Positions 7,393 through 17,465 of a stretch of 55,918 bases of DNA are shown here, one piece after another (position 1 is the stretch's first letter; every line of letters begins with the position of its first letter). The notes under the pieces were generated by a model. It was given only the letters and a program-made list of their open reading frames with translations. It did no database searches and was not told the DNA's origin. The DNA is taken from the IMG/VR virus record IMGVR_UViG_3300022926_001762, positions 1 to 55,918 of that record; one strand, given 5' to 3'. Source of the stretch: a virus (taxonomy: Duplodnaviria; Caudoviricetes). The translations under genes and the position numbers were made by a program.

Positions 7393-10017
7393 ATGGCAAG
7401 AATATCTACTTACGCTCTCGATACTACCCCTAGTTTAACCGACCTCTGGATCGGAACTGATTCTGCTACGCAGCAAACAAAGAACTTTAGCGTAGATAGC
7501 ATTGTAAATCTATTAAATGATAATTCATTAATAGATCAGTTTGATGGAGTTATATATGAGTATAAAACATTAGGCTCTGAGCCACAACCTTCTGGAATTT
7601 TAAATTTTTCTGGTCAAAACTCACTTCCCACGTCTGTAAATGCTGTAACAACAATATATCTCAGCAAGGTTAGCGGATCTGGAGATGTCGTAACTCAATA
7701 CATACAAGCATTCGACCAGCACTATATTAAAATAAACCAACAGGGTAATTTAAATATATACGGTGTTTTCCAGGTCAATTCTGTAGAGAATCACGATTCC
7801 AACTATCTTTTATTGCAGGTAAACTTTATAGAAGGAAACGGAACTTTCATTCCAAGCGAAAGATTTTTTGTGTCTAATTACCAATCTGTAATAGACAAAG
7901 ACTTTAGTGACGACTCTATAACTGAATTTGGAGATGTTACTAGTGCTGGCTCTGGAAAGATCATAACCGATCGAGAAAGAACAAACTACAACGAAATACA
8001 CACAAATGGTCTTCGACATTCTGACGTAATAGACAATTTAATCTCTATTGGGTCAGACGTTCCTTTATCAGCGAATCAAGGAAAGATACTAAAGGGCTAT
8101 ATAGACACGATAAATACGCTCTTATTAAGCGATAACGTTGATCTAGACTCATTACAGGAAGTAGTAGACTTCATTGAGTTAAACAGAGATACTCTTGAGT
8201 CATTAACCATATCTAGTGTCGCAGGTCTTCAAAACGCATTAGATGAAAAAGTAGATAAGATTGCTGGAAAGCAACTATCTCAAGAAGACTTTACTACAAT
8301 ATTAAAGTCTAAGCTAGACGGAATTGCTGCTGAAGCTGAGGTAAATGTTCAAGCAAACTGGGCTGAATCAATAATAACCAATGACGCTTATATTCAGAAT
8401 AAGCCAACAGATGTAACTGATTTATCTATTCATAATGCTACAGAGCTAAACGACATAAACAGCTCTGGTTCTGGATATATAATCACAAATGCCGAAAGAT
8501 CTAGAATAGAAGATGATTTGGTAGAAAAGACTCAAACGGTTACTGTTACTGGAACTGCTTCTGAAGTCACTGTTTCTCCAGATACACCTCAAGCATTAGA
8601 CTCTAACATATCCTTTAACGTAGGACTTCCTGATGACGTCATTATAACAAGTGATTTGTCTGTTGGAGATAATTTAACCGTTGGTGGTTCAGCCACTGTT
8701 ACTGGAGATGTTACTGGGGATGATTTAGTCGCTCAAAACATAATTAAGATCAATAACGCTCAAAATACTGAGCCAGCCATAGAGAATGGTATATATATAA
8801 AGCAAGAAGGTGTTCATGAAGAGATGCACTTCAGATACCATAACCATGATATAAGCTTAGCAACTCTTACAGAGGAGCTTTCTTCTGGTATACTATATGG
8901 AGGAGGACTAAGCAAAGCTAATGACACTCAATTTACCATACAAGCAGGTAAAGGTATTGTTGTAAATTTAAATAAAACAATTGCATCTGAGCCTCATCCT
9001 GAAATTAATTACGTTGAGTGGGATACTCAGACTATAGATGTTTTTAATTTAGATCCACTAGACCCACAACAATTGAACTCTTGGATTTATATTGATGATA
9101 GTGGAACTATTAATCAGCAATTAGATCCGTTTACAGACGCACAATATCAAAATGCAATAACCATAGGGTCTGCAATTCACTCAGAAGGAGTATTGAGATT
9201 TGCTAGAACTTTTCCTAAAACAGCTTATAGTAATTCAGATCAGTTTAGTTCTTTCATTAGAATGTTTGGTCCTATCAAAAGATCAGGTCACAAAATATCT
9301 GCAAATGGAATTAACCTTTCATTAAACAGGGCTTCTGGTGTGTCTTTTGCTTTAGGAAGAAACTACAGTGTAAATCCTAATTTTCCTTCAAATATTATAG
9401 ACGGGGCTAAAAACCTAGCTGGAATACATAGGTATTATAAAGATGGATCTGGAGGATTCGTTAGGGATGACGGTCCAACAGGGCAGGGGTATGCCGTTAT
9501 GGATCCAACCAAATTTGACAATGGGTCTGGAACTTTAGCTAATATGCCTAACAATAAATATTCCATACAGAGGGTTTATTTTTTCCCATCAACTCCAGAT
9601 TTGCTTATAGTTTATTATGGAACTGACTATTACGATAATAAGGAGGTTGCCGAGAAAAGTATATTCTTAGAAGAGTTTGTTGAGGCTAACAACACTGCCG
9701 AACAGGCTATTCATGTTGCTACAATAGTAGTTAAAAAGGAAGCTGAGGATTTAAGCGCTGCAACCGACTCACACATATATCAGGCAGGATTATTTAGAAA
9801 CCTATCCGCTAGTTTTTCTGGAGGAGTTGATGTTAACGCTGGTATTAATGATTTGTCAGACGTTTCTATAAACTCTCCGCAAGAAGGTCAGTCGTTGACT
9901 TATAACGCCGTAGATGGCGTTTGGACTAACGCAGCTGGAGGTGGAGGAGATTCTTCGAAAGAGGCGATATACCACTTGGTTGGTCTGTCGGATATGTATT
10001 ATGCACAAAACTTATAA
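7393..10017 (+). CDS. Tail fibre / virion appendage protein
   Basis: Fibre-type modules DNL...PLSANQGKIL, KVDK..GKQLS.EDFT..KSKLDGI...VQANW...YIQNKP and INDLSDVSI...LTYN...WTN; internal repeat TE..D..S.GSG.IIT..ER (two copies). Confidence 0.75.
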   Translation: MARISTYALDTTPSLTDLWIGTDSATQQTKNFSVDSIVNLLNDNSLIDQFDGVIYEYKTLGSEPQPSGILNFSGQNSLPTSVNAVTTIYLSKVSGSGDVVTQYIQAFDQHYIKINQQGNLNIYGVFQVNSVENHDSNYLLLQVNFIEGNGTFIPSERFFVSNYQSVIDKDFSDDSITEFGDVTSAGSGKIITDRERTNYNEIHTNGLRHSDVIDNLISIGSDVPLSANQGKILKGYIDTINTLLLSDNVDLDSLQEVVDFIELNRDTLESLTISSVAGLQNALDEKVDKIAGKQLSQEDFTTILKSKLDGIAAEAEVNVQANWAESIITNDAYIQNKPTDVTDLSIHNATELNDINSSGSGYIITNAERSRIEDDLVEKTQTVTVTGTASEVTVSPDTPQALDSNISFNVGLPDDVIITSDLSVGDNLTVGGSATVTGDVTGDDLVAQNIIKINNAQNTEPAIENGIYIKQEGVHEEMHFRYHNHDISLATLTEELSSGILYGGGLSKANDTQFTIQAGKGIVVNLNKTIASEPHPEINYVEWDTQTIDVFNLDPLDPQQLNSWIYIDDSGTINQQLDPFTDAQYQNAITIGSAIHSEGVLRFARTFPKTAYSNSDQFSSFIRMFGPIKRSGHKISANGINLSLNRASGVSFALGRNYSVNPNFPSNIIDGAKNLAGIHRYYKDGSGGFVRDDGPTGQGYAVMDPTKFDNGSGTLANMPNNKYSIQRVYFFPSTPDLLIVYYGTDYYDNKEVAEKSIFLEEFVEANNTAEQAIHVATIVVKKEAEDLSAATDSHIYQAGLFRNLSASFSGGVDVNAGINDLSDVSINSPQEGQSLTYNAVDGVWTNAAGGGGDSSKEAIYHLVGLSDMYYAQNL

Positions 10018-10029
10018 CAATATATTTAT

Positions 10030-10037
10030 TAAATTTG
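10030..10037 (+). promoter_or_regulatory. Bacteroidota -7 promoter box
   Basis: TAAATTTG 16 nt before the ATG at 10054. Confidence 0.6.
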
Positions 10038-10053
10038 TAAAAAATAAAAAAAG

Positions 10054-11949
10054 ATGGCGAATTCGATCACTTTAAGTCAAAGTCTAGTAGATGACATTGC
10101 ACAGAAATTAACCGATGGTACAGCTACCGCTGAGCAGGTGGTTCTGTACACAAAAGGACTAAATCAACTACAGACTGGAAATGATTTTCAGTCGGTTGTA
10201 ATTGGACTTTCTCAAGCAGCAGTTGATACAATCGACTCTGCAAACGCTCAGTTTCAAGAGGATGCACAAACAGCTCTAAACACATTTAGCCAAACAGCTG
10301 ATAATATTGACGCTAGCGCAACAAATGCTGTTTCAGCTATTAACGTAGCAAAAGATGTTCTTGTAGCTACTGACGCTGAAATTTCAACTACCATAAGTGG
10401 GTTGCCTTCCTTAACTTTGATTAGAGAAAATATACAAGGAGATAGAGATTATATTCATCCTTATGAAAGACCTTGCTTTTGGTCGGCATCGGGAATTAAT
10501 CAAGCCAACTATGAAGCTATTATAACCTGGTATAATCATTACGGAAAACAAGTTAAGAATCCAGACTGGGGGAAATCTCAGATGATTATGCATTTAAATA
10601 ATGAAGGTTATGACACGTCTAATAACTATATTAAAGATGGAAATGGTGAACATTACACGAGATATAATGGTGGTGCTATAACTCCATTTCAAGCCTATAG
10701 AACATCAAATTCCCAAACTGGATATGAATTAGGTTTTGCTATGAGTAAAAACGTTTACGGTCACGTAATGGGAACATGGAACGACAAAACGGGGGTCTGG
10801 AATGGATATAATGGAACATGGTCTGCTGACTGGATGAGAGATACTGGTATTATTGTTGGAGATGCAGACAAATCATGGTACATCGCCAGAACCAACACAA
10901 CTTTTTATCTTGGAGGAACAAGAGGTGTAACAGATTATAATAACGGTTATACCAACAGAGCTAAGCTAAGAGATAATGTAACTCAGCTTTCTGCTGTATA
11001 TAGAAAATACGAGGATCGTCAATGGGAGAATACAAGCGAGCAATTTATCTTGCCAGCACCTATTTCAACTGGATATGGTAATTTTTGTTACAACAAAAAT
11101 ACAAACCAAATGGTTGTTATGGTGTACAATGCTGCTGCTGGGAAACAAAGACCTGTTCTTTATTCATTCTCAAACGACTGGAATCTTAAAGATATTGCAA
11201 AAGGAACAACGGCTATAACTTACAACTATGATCCAATTGCTAATGGAAAAATGACTCAAGTTATAGATAGCACTGTAGATAATAGTGATGGAATGCCTGC
11301 GACACCAAATCTAAGTGAGTCTAGTTACAGGGGAACACCTATTCTATGTGATAACGGCAAGGTTGTTCACTTCATGTCAATGGGTAATAGCATATCTGGA
11401 TCCTCTTATGCTTTTAGATGGGCTCAAAATGGAGATGGAACTGATTACGTTAAAGACGCTCACTTCACTTTCGGTGGACAAACCACTAAATATGGCTACG
11501 ATCAAGGAGCTTATTACGGCGTAAGACACACCACAACAAACGACGGAAGATACGTTATCTCTTATGATGTTTATTATTATTATCATGGAGGAGCGAGAGT
11601 TATTCTCACTAGAGTTTCTGACGGAAAAGTTCTTAAATGGACGGATAACGAAACTACTTGGGGATGGAGCTACACTCCAGTTCAACGCAATAAATTAATT
11701 GTAAAACTAGAGCCACATCATCCTTATAGTAATATTTACTTGCATGATCTTGATTGGATGTTTGATAATTTCGCAGATGGTGCGGATGTAAACCTAAGAG
11801 GAGGAGATAGCCATGCTAAGCGTTGGATGATGGATATTGGTAATATACAGCCATATACAGGGTTTTGCTCTATGAATATCGATTATAGTCATGAGATGGA
11901 TTACATAAGCCCAACAGACAATCACACAGACATAAGAACAATATCTTAA
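10054..11949 (+). CDS. Putative fibre/receptor-binding protein (N-terminal coiled coil, aromatic beta-rich C-terminus)
   Basis: Ala/Thr-rich heptad N-terminus, Tyr/Trp/Gly/Asn-rich C-terminus, fibre-gene context. Confidence 0.6.
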   Translation: MANSITLSQSLVDDIAQKLTDGTATAEQVVLYTKGLNQLQTGNDFQSVVIGLSQAAVDTIDSANAQFQEDAQTALNTFSQTADNIDASATNAVSAINVAKDVLVATDAEISTTISGLPSLTLIRENIQGDRDYIHPYERPCFWSASGINQANYEAIITWYNHYGKQVKNPDWGKSQMIMHLNNEGYDTSNNYIKDGNGEHYTRYNGGAITPFQAYRTSNSQTGYELGFAMSKNVYGHVMGTWNDKTGVWNGYNGTWSADWMRDTGIIVGDADKSWYIARTNTTFYLGGTRGVTDYNNGYTNRAKLRDNVTQLSAVYRKYEDRQWENTSEQFILPAPISTGYGNFCYNKNTNQMVVMVYNAAAGKQRPVLYSFSNDWNLKDIAKGTTAITYNYDPIANGKMTQVIDSTVDNSDGMPATPNLSESSYRGTPILCDNGKVVHFMSMGNSISGSSYAFRWAQNGDGTDYVKDAHFTFGGQTTKYGYDQGAYYGVRHTTTNDGRYVISYDVYYYYHGGARVILTRVSDGKVLKWTDNETTWGWSYTPVQRNKLIVKLEPHHPYSNIYLHDLDWMFDNFADGADVNLRGGDSHAKRWMMDIGNIQPYTGFCSMNIDYSHEMDYISPTDNHTDIRTIS

Positions 11950-11958
11950 TAAAAAAAA

Positions 11959-12483
11959 ATGAAACAAGTTATATTAGACGGAAAAATAGTCACTGGAGTT
12001 AATGAGAATGCAGAAATTCCAGTAACAATCGGAGTAGGAGTGCCAGATGAAACTGTTTTATCTGTTGGTCAAATACTAGAGGATGATTTAACGGTAAGAG
12101 ATATTACTGAGCAAGAAATTGTCGACAGATTTGGCTTATTTACTAGTGTCAATAAGGGAAGTTTGTATTCAAAACTAACACAATCAGAGCTCACATCTTT
12201 TATTTCTGCTTCAAAAACCAATATTAATATCGAGGTTATTAAGGAGCTTTTAGATGCTGGAGGAACAGTTGACATGTTTCAAAATAATATTTTAGTCGAT
12301 GAAAATATTATTACAGAAGAAAGAAAAGCAGATATTTTAGGTATCACTGAAAAAAAAGAATTCATAGCTAATGGAATGGTTATCAAAGCAAATACTGCTG
12401 AGATTGCACCTTATCCATTAGAGGAAGAGGAAGTTCCTGTTACTGAAGAACAAACAGAAACAACGACTCCTGCTGCTGAATAA
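11959..12483 (+). CDS. Acidic hypothetical protein (possible fibre assembly chaperone)
   Basis: 174-aa acidic ORF directly after a fibre gene. Confidence 0.55.
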   Translation: MKQVILDGKIVTGVNENAEIPVTIGVGVPDETVLSVGQILEDDLTVRDITEQEIVDRFGLFTSVNKGSLYSKLTQSELTSFISASKTNINIEVIKELLDAGGTVDMFQNNILVDENIITEERKADILGITEKKEFIANGMVIKANTAEIAPYPLEEEEVPVTEEQTETTTPAAE

Positions 12484-12515
12484 TTTTTTTTAAAATAATA
12501 GTAAAATAAAAACAA

Positions 12516-15500
12516 ATGGCTAACAGCTTATCTGATAAGGCGGTATATATATACGATATATTTTTTAGTGCAGACATAACCTCTGGTAAGCTAGAGTCAC
12601 AGCTAAAAAACTCATCTTTAAACAGGTTAGCTTTCGAGGAAGTTATATCGTATCCAAACTTATTGGATGCAATGAAGTCGCACGATAGATACGATGAGCT
12701 TATTGGAATTGAAACGTTTGCCTATACTTTAATATCGCAAAACGTTACAAGAGAGGAGAATTCTAAGCTAGAATCTAACGCATATCTAGTAATCACAGAC
12801 ATATCTACTGATCATGATGATTTTAAAGCTTTCCTAAAAACCGTTTCAGGTCACATTGGATTTGGCTTGATAATGAATAACGTTAAGACGGCTTACGATG
12901 TAGCTGGAAACGATCATGCTGTTTCGTTGATACTTAATAATGACGAGTCTATAAAAGCCTTGTTGAATAGTGAATATGCATTAAAGGCTTTTGGTCAAAC
13001 TCCAGCAGCTTCTGCTGCTATATTTCAAAATACCGAAATATTCAAAAGTTTAAGAACTAGCCTTTTGTTCGAGCAAAAAGATGAGTTGCCATCAACTTTA
13101 GGCTCTGATACTTATGTAGAATATATTGGAGGAAGGTATTTCACAAAGCCAAACGGCAGTCATTCCTACATGTACATGTCTGAGGACATGATTAACTGGG
13201 AAACAATCGTTCATCCAGGATACAGTTTTAGTTATAGCCCTATTTTTGACACTATAGCTTACGACGAAATAAATAAAGCTTGGTTTTTCATTAGCCGAGA
13301 TTCTGGAGCACCCCCATTTTTTACAAAAGATTTTGTTACCTGGGAGAATGTAACTGCTTCTATGGGTAATGATGGATGTATATCTATAACAAACTTCAAT
13401 AATAAAATTATAGTTAGTTATAGAGCCTCATCTAATAACTGGAGAACTGGGCAGATTAGCTACGCTGAAGGTCAGGCAGGATACACGTTAAATGACATTT
13501 CTATAATGCCAAACAATCTTGGCTATTATTACTTTAGAAAAGGTCATCCCGAATATTTGTTTATGGGAGACGGAAACCACTACTACAGGCTTTTAAACAC
13601 CTCCTACGAGTACTCAACTAACTTCTGGGCTAATGACGCATCCTCAAGTTATAGGGGAATTAGAGGTATTTCTTGGGCTAATGACAGGTATTACTACACT
13701 CATTACTATTCAACTTCAGGTGACACTAGAATTGGGGTAGGGGTAATAAATCCTACCTTAGAGCATTTTCAGGGAGTCCATGATAGAAAACACTATTGGC
13801 TTCATTACGAAGGCACTGGTCATACTAGAGTTTTATACGCAAATGGAGTTTACATTACAAATGTTCCAGGTGGATATGCAATTAGTTTAAATGGTTTTGT
13901 TTGGGATAAGAAGCTCTTTGATATCACTTATTCTTATAATTTAGGGGCTGTTGATCAAAGGGGGATAGTTGGACACATACCTTCTACTAGTTTTGTTTTG
14001 ACTTCTTATGACGCAACAAGCACATTAATTGTAGAAGTTACTACAACCACAACTACGACTGCTGCACCTGCTGCTAATTTACCAGAATTCATAACTAATT
14101 TAAACTGTTTAGTTGACACTACTCAAGCTAGTGTTGTTGACTATAATGGTTTAAAAATGCTCTTCAACGGAGAGACTGAGTATAAAAACACAAATTACGT
14201 ATTGACTAATGGTCAATATAAAATATTAAATGTTCCTGAGCAATATCCTATAGCGGTATTGAATAAGGGAAAATACAATGCTATACATTACACTGGATTA
14301 AGCTCTAAAAGACACTTGATAAAAGTACGTGGAACTGAAGCTGACCAACCTTACGATTTTTTCTATGGAGACGTCACCATTAATGTCACTGGGAACTTCG
14401 GAAGGGTTAGTCTTTATTATTACAAGACTCCTGAAAACCAAGGTTATCTTGGAATGGAACAAATATTTGTTCATCAAGACTACCTTTCTAATGGAGGGAC
14501 AACAACTTCAGATGTTTTAAATACGGTTGCTAATACTAACATATATTCTTCTTCTATAAGAAACTTTGATTGCGTAGGCAATGAAGCTTTAGAGAAAGGA
14601 GAGGCTCCGTTAGTTGTTTATACCACCACAACAACAACAGCTACTCCTTCATACACGGTACTAGCTCAGGAAACAACAACCACAACAGAGGCTCCGTTTA
14701 ATTATGGAGACGAAAACTATACTACGGCTATTGATGTTTCAACATCAGTTGCTCATGATGTGGCTTTAGATGTTAATGGTAAGCTTACTTTTGACGGAAC
14801 TAGTTTGGAATCATTGTCATTGTCTGGAAGCAGACTATGTTTAGGAACTGGTACTTATATATTTAATGTGGCAGAAGACCAGCCTATAGCTATAGAAGGT
14901 GCAACGAGCTCTCCTTTTTTTGGACCTCAACACTCACGAATTAGTTACGCTGGAGACTTTTACAAAAGAAGCGTTAAATCTATAAATAATGTTCCTTATT
15001 ATTTCTACCACGGACAAGTGATCGTTATTGTTGATGATATATTTTCAACAGTAAATCTTTATAGTTTCACTAATGGCTATGCTGGAGGTGAAAATGGGTT
15101 TAGCTTTAGCCGAGTAACAACAACTACTACGGCAGCCCCAACAACAACCACAACTACAACTGATTCAAATCTTACCTACACAAGATGTCTTGATTCTGAT
15201 GTTTCGATAACTGTTGATGCAGGAAATCTTATACTAGATGGAGATCCACATAATGCAAATATTAAGTATGGATTGAACACGGGAGTAACTCTTTTAAGAA
15301 ACGTTCCTCAATCACATCCAATTGCAATATTAAACTATGGTAAGTGGGATAAGATAAAATACTCTGGAAAAGGGTTAAGTAGTGTTTCTCACATTGCTCC
15401 AGATGGAAAACAATACTCGTATTTCCATGGAGATGTATTTATAACTGTATTGGGTGATTTTGGATTAGTTAGTTTTGATTGCGCTAATGACGGATACATG

Positions 15501-16049
15501 GGGGGTGAAAATAAATTAATATTCACCGATAACTGTTTCCCAAATGTAGCTCCAACAACAACTACCACTACAACTGCTGATCCGTTATTTAATTACACCA
15601 CTACAACTACAGGCGCACCTACAACAACAACAACAACAACGGCTGCTCCTACAACAACAACAACTACTACAGCTACACCAACGGAAGCTGAGTTCTGCTT
15701 AATTAGTGGAGCTACAGGAAACACCGTTTCTTATGGAGGAGGAGAGTATGCTTTTAATGGAAATTCTGGATTATACGGAATGACCACGGGAACTTACACT
15801 TTTAAAGATGTAAGCGCTTCTCATCCAATAGCATTTTTGAATTACGGAAAAACTAGTAATGTGACTTACACTGGTCAATATGCTGTTGGAAACAAAACAG
15901 GGCTTGACGGAAATGAATATCCATATTACTATGGTAATGTTACAGTTACAGTGACTGGAGATTTTGATTTCCTTTCATACGAATGTTACTACCACGGCTA
16001 CATGGGTGGCGAAAATAATATTATCTTTGATAACACAAATTGTACGTAA
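12516..16049 (+). CDS. Virion appendage protein: beta-propeller-like region, poly-Thr linkers and four cupredoxin-like repeats
   Basis: BNR-like S.D..NW / T.DF.TW / SLNGFVW motifs; TTTTTTTAAP linkers; four repeats of (H)PIA...Y.G.V...V.GDF...GY.GGEN. Confidence 0.7.
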   Translation: MANSLSDKAVYIYDIFFSADITSGKLESQLKNSSLNRLAFEEVISYPNLLDAMKSHDRYDELIGIETFAYTLISQNVTREENSKLESNAYLVITDISTDHDDFKAFLKTVSGHIGFGLIMNNVKTAYDVAGNDHAVSLILNNDESIKALLNSEYALKAFGQTPAASAAIFQNTEIFKSLRTSLLFEQKDELPSTLGSDTYVEYIGGRYFTKPNGSHSYMYMSEDMINWETIVHPGYSFSYSPIFDTIAYDEINKAWFFISRDSGAPPFFTKDFVTWENVTASMGNDGCISITNFNNKIIVSYRASSNNWRTGQISYAEGQAGYTLNDISIMPNNLGYYYFRKGHPEYLFMGDGNHYYRLLNTSYEYSTNFWANDASSSYRGIRGISWANDRYYYTHYYSTSGDTRIGVGVINPTLEHFQGVHDRKHYWLHYEGTGHTRVLYANGVYITNVPGGYAISLNGFVWDKKLFDITYSYNLGAVDQRGIVGHIPSTSFVLTSYDATSTLIVEVTTTTTTTAAPAANLPEFITNLNCLVDTTQASVVDYNGLKMLFNGETEYKNTNYVLTNGQYKILNVPEQYPIAVLNKGKYNAIHYTGLSSKRHLIKVRGTEADQPYDFFYGDVTINVTGNFGRVSLYYYKTPENQGYLGMEQIFVHQDYLSNGGTTTSDVLNTVANTNIYSSSIRNFDCVGNEALEKGEAPLVVYTTTTTTATPSYTVLAQETTTTTEAPFNYGDENYTTAIDVSTSVAHDVALDVNGKLTFDGTSLESLSLSGSRLCLGTGTYIFNVAEDQPIAIEGATSSPFFGPQHSRISYAGDFYKRSVKSINNVPYYFYHGQVIVIVDDIFSTVNLYSFTNGYAGGENGFSFSRVTTTTTAAPTTTTTTTDSNLTYTRCLDSDVSITVDAGNLILDGDPHNANIKYGLNTGVTLLRNVPQSHPIAILNYGKWDKIKYSGKGLSSVSHIAPDGKQYSYFHGDVFITVLGDFGLVSFDCANDGYMGGENKLIFTDNCFPNVAPTTTTTTTADPLFNYTTTTTGAPTTTTTTTAAPTTTTTTTATPTEAEFCLISGATGNTVSYGGGEYAFNGNSGLYGMTTGTYTFKDVSASHPIAFLNYGKTSNVTYTGQYAVGNKTGLDGNEYPYYYGNVTVTVTGDFDFLSYECYYHGYMGGENNIIFDNTNCT
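15550..15683 (+). repeat. (ACA/ACT)n poly-Thr tandem repeats within the 1177-aa gene
   Basis: Encodes APTTTTTTTADP...TTTTTGAPTTTTTTTAAPTTTTTTTATPT. Confidence 0.85.
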
Positions 16050-16062
16050 AAAATAACACAAA

Positions 16063-16539
16063 ATGGCAAGACAAGGAATTGATTTAGGAACCGCTGGAGA
16101 CTTAAATACTGGCGACAACATAAGAGATGCATTCGATAAGGTTAACGATAACTTTGTTGAGGTTTACTCTGATATAGTCAATCTACAGAATGATGACGCT
16201 AATGACGTAACTAAGGTTAATAACAGAACTGGAGACGTTGTTTTGGATATTAATGACGCAAAATATGCAGTTTTTGTAATTAGTGCTGATACAACTGCGG
16301 TTGCTGGTGGACTATATGTTCTTACCGCAAATCTAGTGTTGTCTTTGCCTGCTTCTCCTGCTGTTGGGGATAGTGTAAAAATATCAAACTTATCTCAGGT
16401 GGATACATGTACTCTTGCCAGAAACGGACAGTTGATACTAGGATCAGGATCTGATTTAACATTAGATAACAGGTATAGCTCATTTGAGATGGTATTTACA
16501 GGAGCGTTAAAAGGTTGGGTAATAATCGGTCAAAACTAA
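16063..16539 (+). CDS. Fibre adaptor with T4 gp9/gp10-like modules
   Basis: I.LGT..D.TGD.IR.AF.KVN.NF.E.Y N-terminus and LPASPAVGD.V.I...ARNG..I.G..DL.LD...GW C-terminus. Confidence 0.65.
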   Translation: MARQGIDLGTAGDLNTGDNIRDAFDKVNDNFVEVYSDIVNLQNDDANDVTKVNNRTGDVVLDINDAKYAVFVISADTTAVAGGLYVLTANLVLSLPASPAVGDSVKISNLSQVDTCTLARNGQLILGSGSDLTLDNRYSSFEMVFTGALKGWVIIGQN

Positions 16540-16545
16540 TAAACT

Positions 16546-17454
16546 ATGGCGAATTTATCATCATTTTTTGGAGACGCTCAAGGAAGCGGAGCTGACACCT
16601 CGTTAATAACAGACCCTAGAAAATTACCTATATCTCATAATAATAACCCATTATACTATAAGTATGGAGATAGCCATACTTGGCATGGAGACCATGAAAA
16701 TGATTTTTGGTATTACTCTTATAACAACACAGGACAATCAACTAATGGGGATCCTTATACTGCACCTAGTGGGAGGACTAATACATTAGATAACGCTGGC
16801 ACTTTAGTTTCTAGTACTACGTTTCCTAGATTAGGAGCTGATTGGAATCAATACGACTCTGCAACTTATGCAGGTGAGTGGATAACGATAATGGATCACT
16901 CTAACGAGGCTGGTAATTTGTGTTATGTAAAAGGGTTTGGAGCTAATCAAGCGACTTACGATTTAACCACAGGAGACAAACCTATTTCTAAGATTAGAAT
17001 TACTGTTGATGGAAGTGCATATACATTTCAAGTTCAATTAAGAACTCATAATGACGTAAACTCTAGTACTTTAGGTTATCAGCATCCAGAATGGGGGCAT
17101 TTTGGAAAAAGTGGTGCTTGGTATACTAGTTCTTATGGAGCTAGAGTTGGTAACTTTCCAGGAGCTGCATATGGTGACTTTGTTGATAGAAACTGGTTTA
17201 ATTACGATCAAGAGGATGAATTTGGAGTTTATGACTGGAATTCTAGAGGAACTACATATCTATTACATCCGTCATGGTTTGTTGAAGGAAGAAGACCTTC
17301 TGTAAGATATGAGAACAGTATCAAAGTAGAATGTGCAATCAATAAATATACCGACACAGTTACTAACGGCACAGGGTCAGCAGGGGTTGGTACTCACAGA
17401 TACACTCATAGGGCATATGCAAAAAGAATTGTAGATCCTATAGTAATCATTTAA
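16546..17454 (+). CDS. Putative virion/receptor-binding protein, paralogue 1
   Basis: Starts MANLSSFFGDA; collinear similarity with the next ORF. Confidence 0.6.
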   Translation: MANLSSFFGDAQGSGADTSLITDPRKLPISHNNNPLYYKYGDSHTWHGDHENDFWYYSYNNTGQSTNGDPYTAPSGRTNTLDNAGTLVSSTTFPRLGADWNQYDSATYAGEWITIMDHSNEAGNLCYVKGFGANQATYDLTTGDKPISKIRITVDGSAYTFQVQLRTHNDVNSSTLGYQHPEWGHFGKSGAWYTSSYGARVGNFPGAAYGDFVDRNWFNYDQEDEFGVYDWNSRGTTYLLHPSWFVEGRRPSVRYENSIKVECAINKYTDTVTNGTGSAGVGTHRYTHRAYAKRIVDPIVII

Positions 17455-17465
17455 AAAACAAACTC

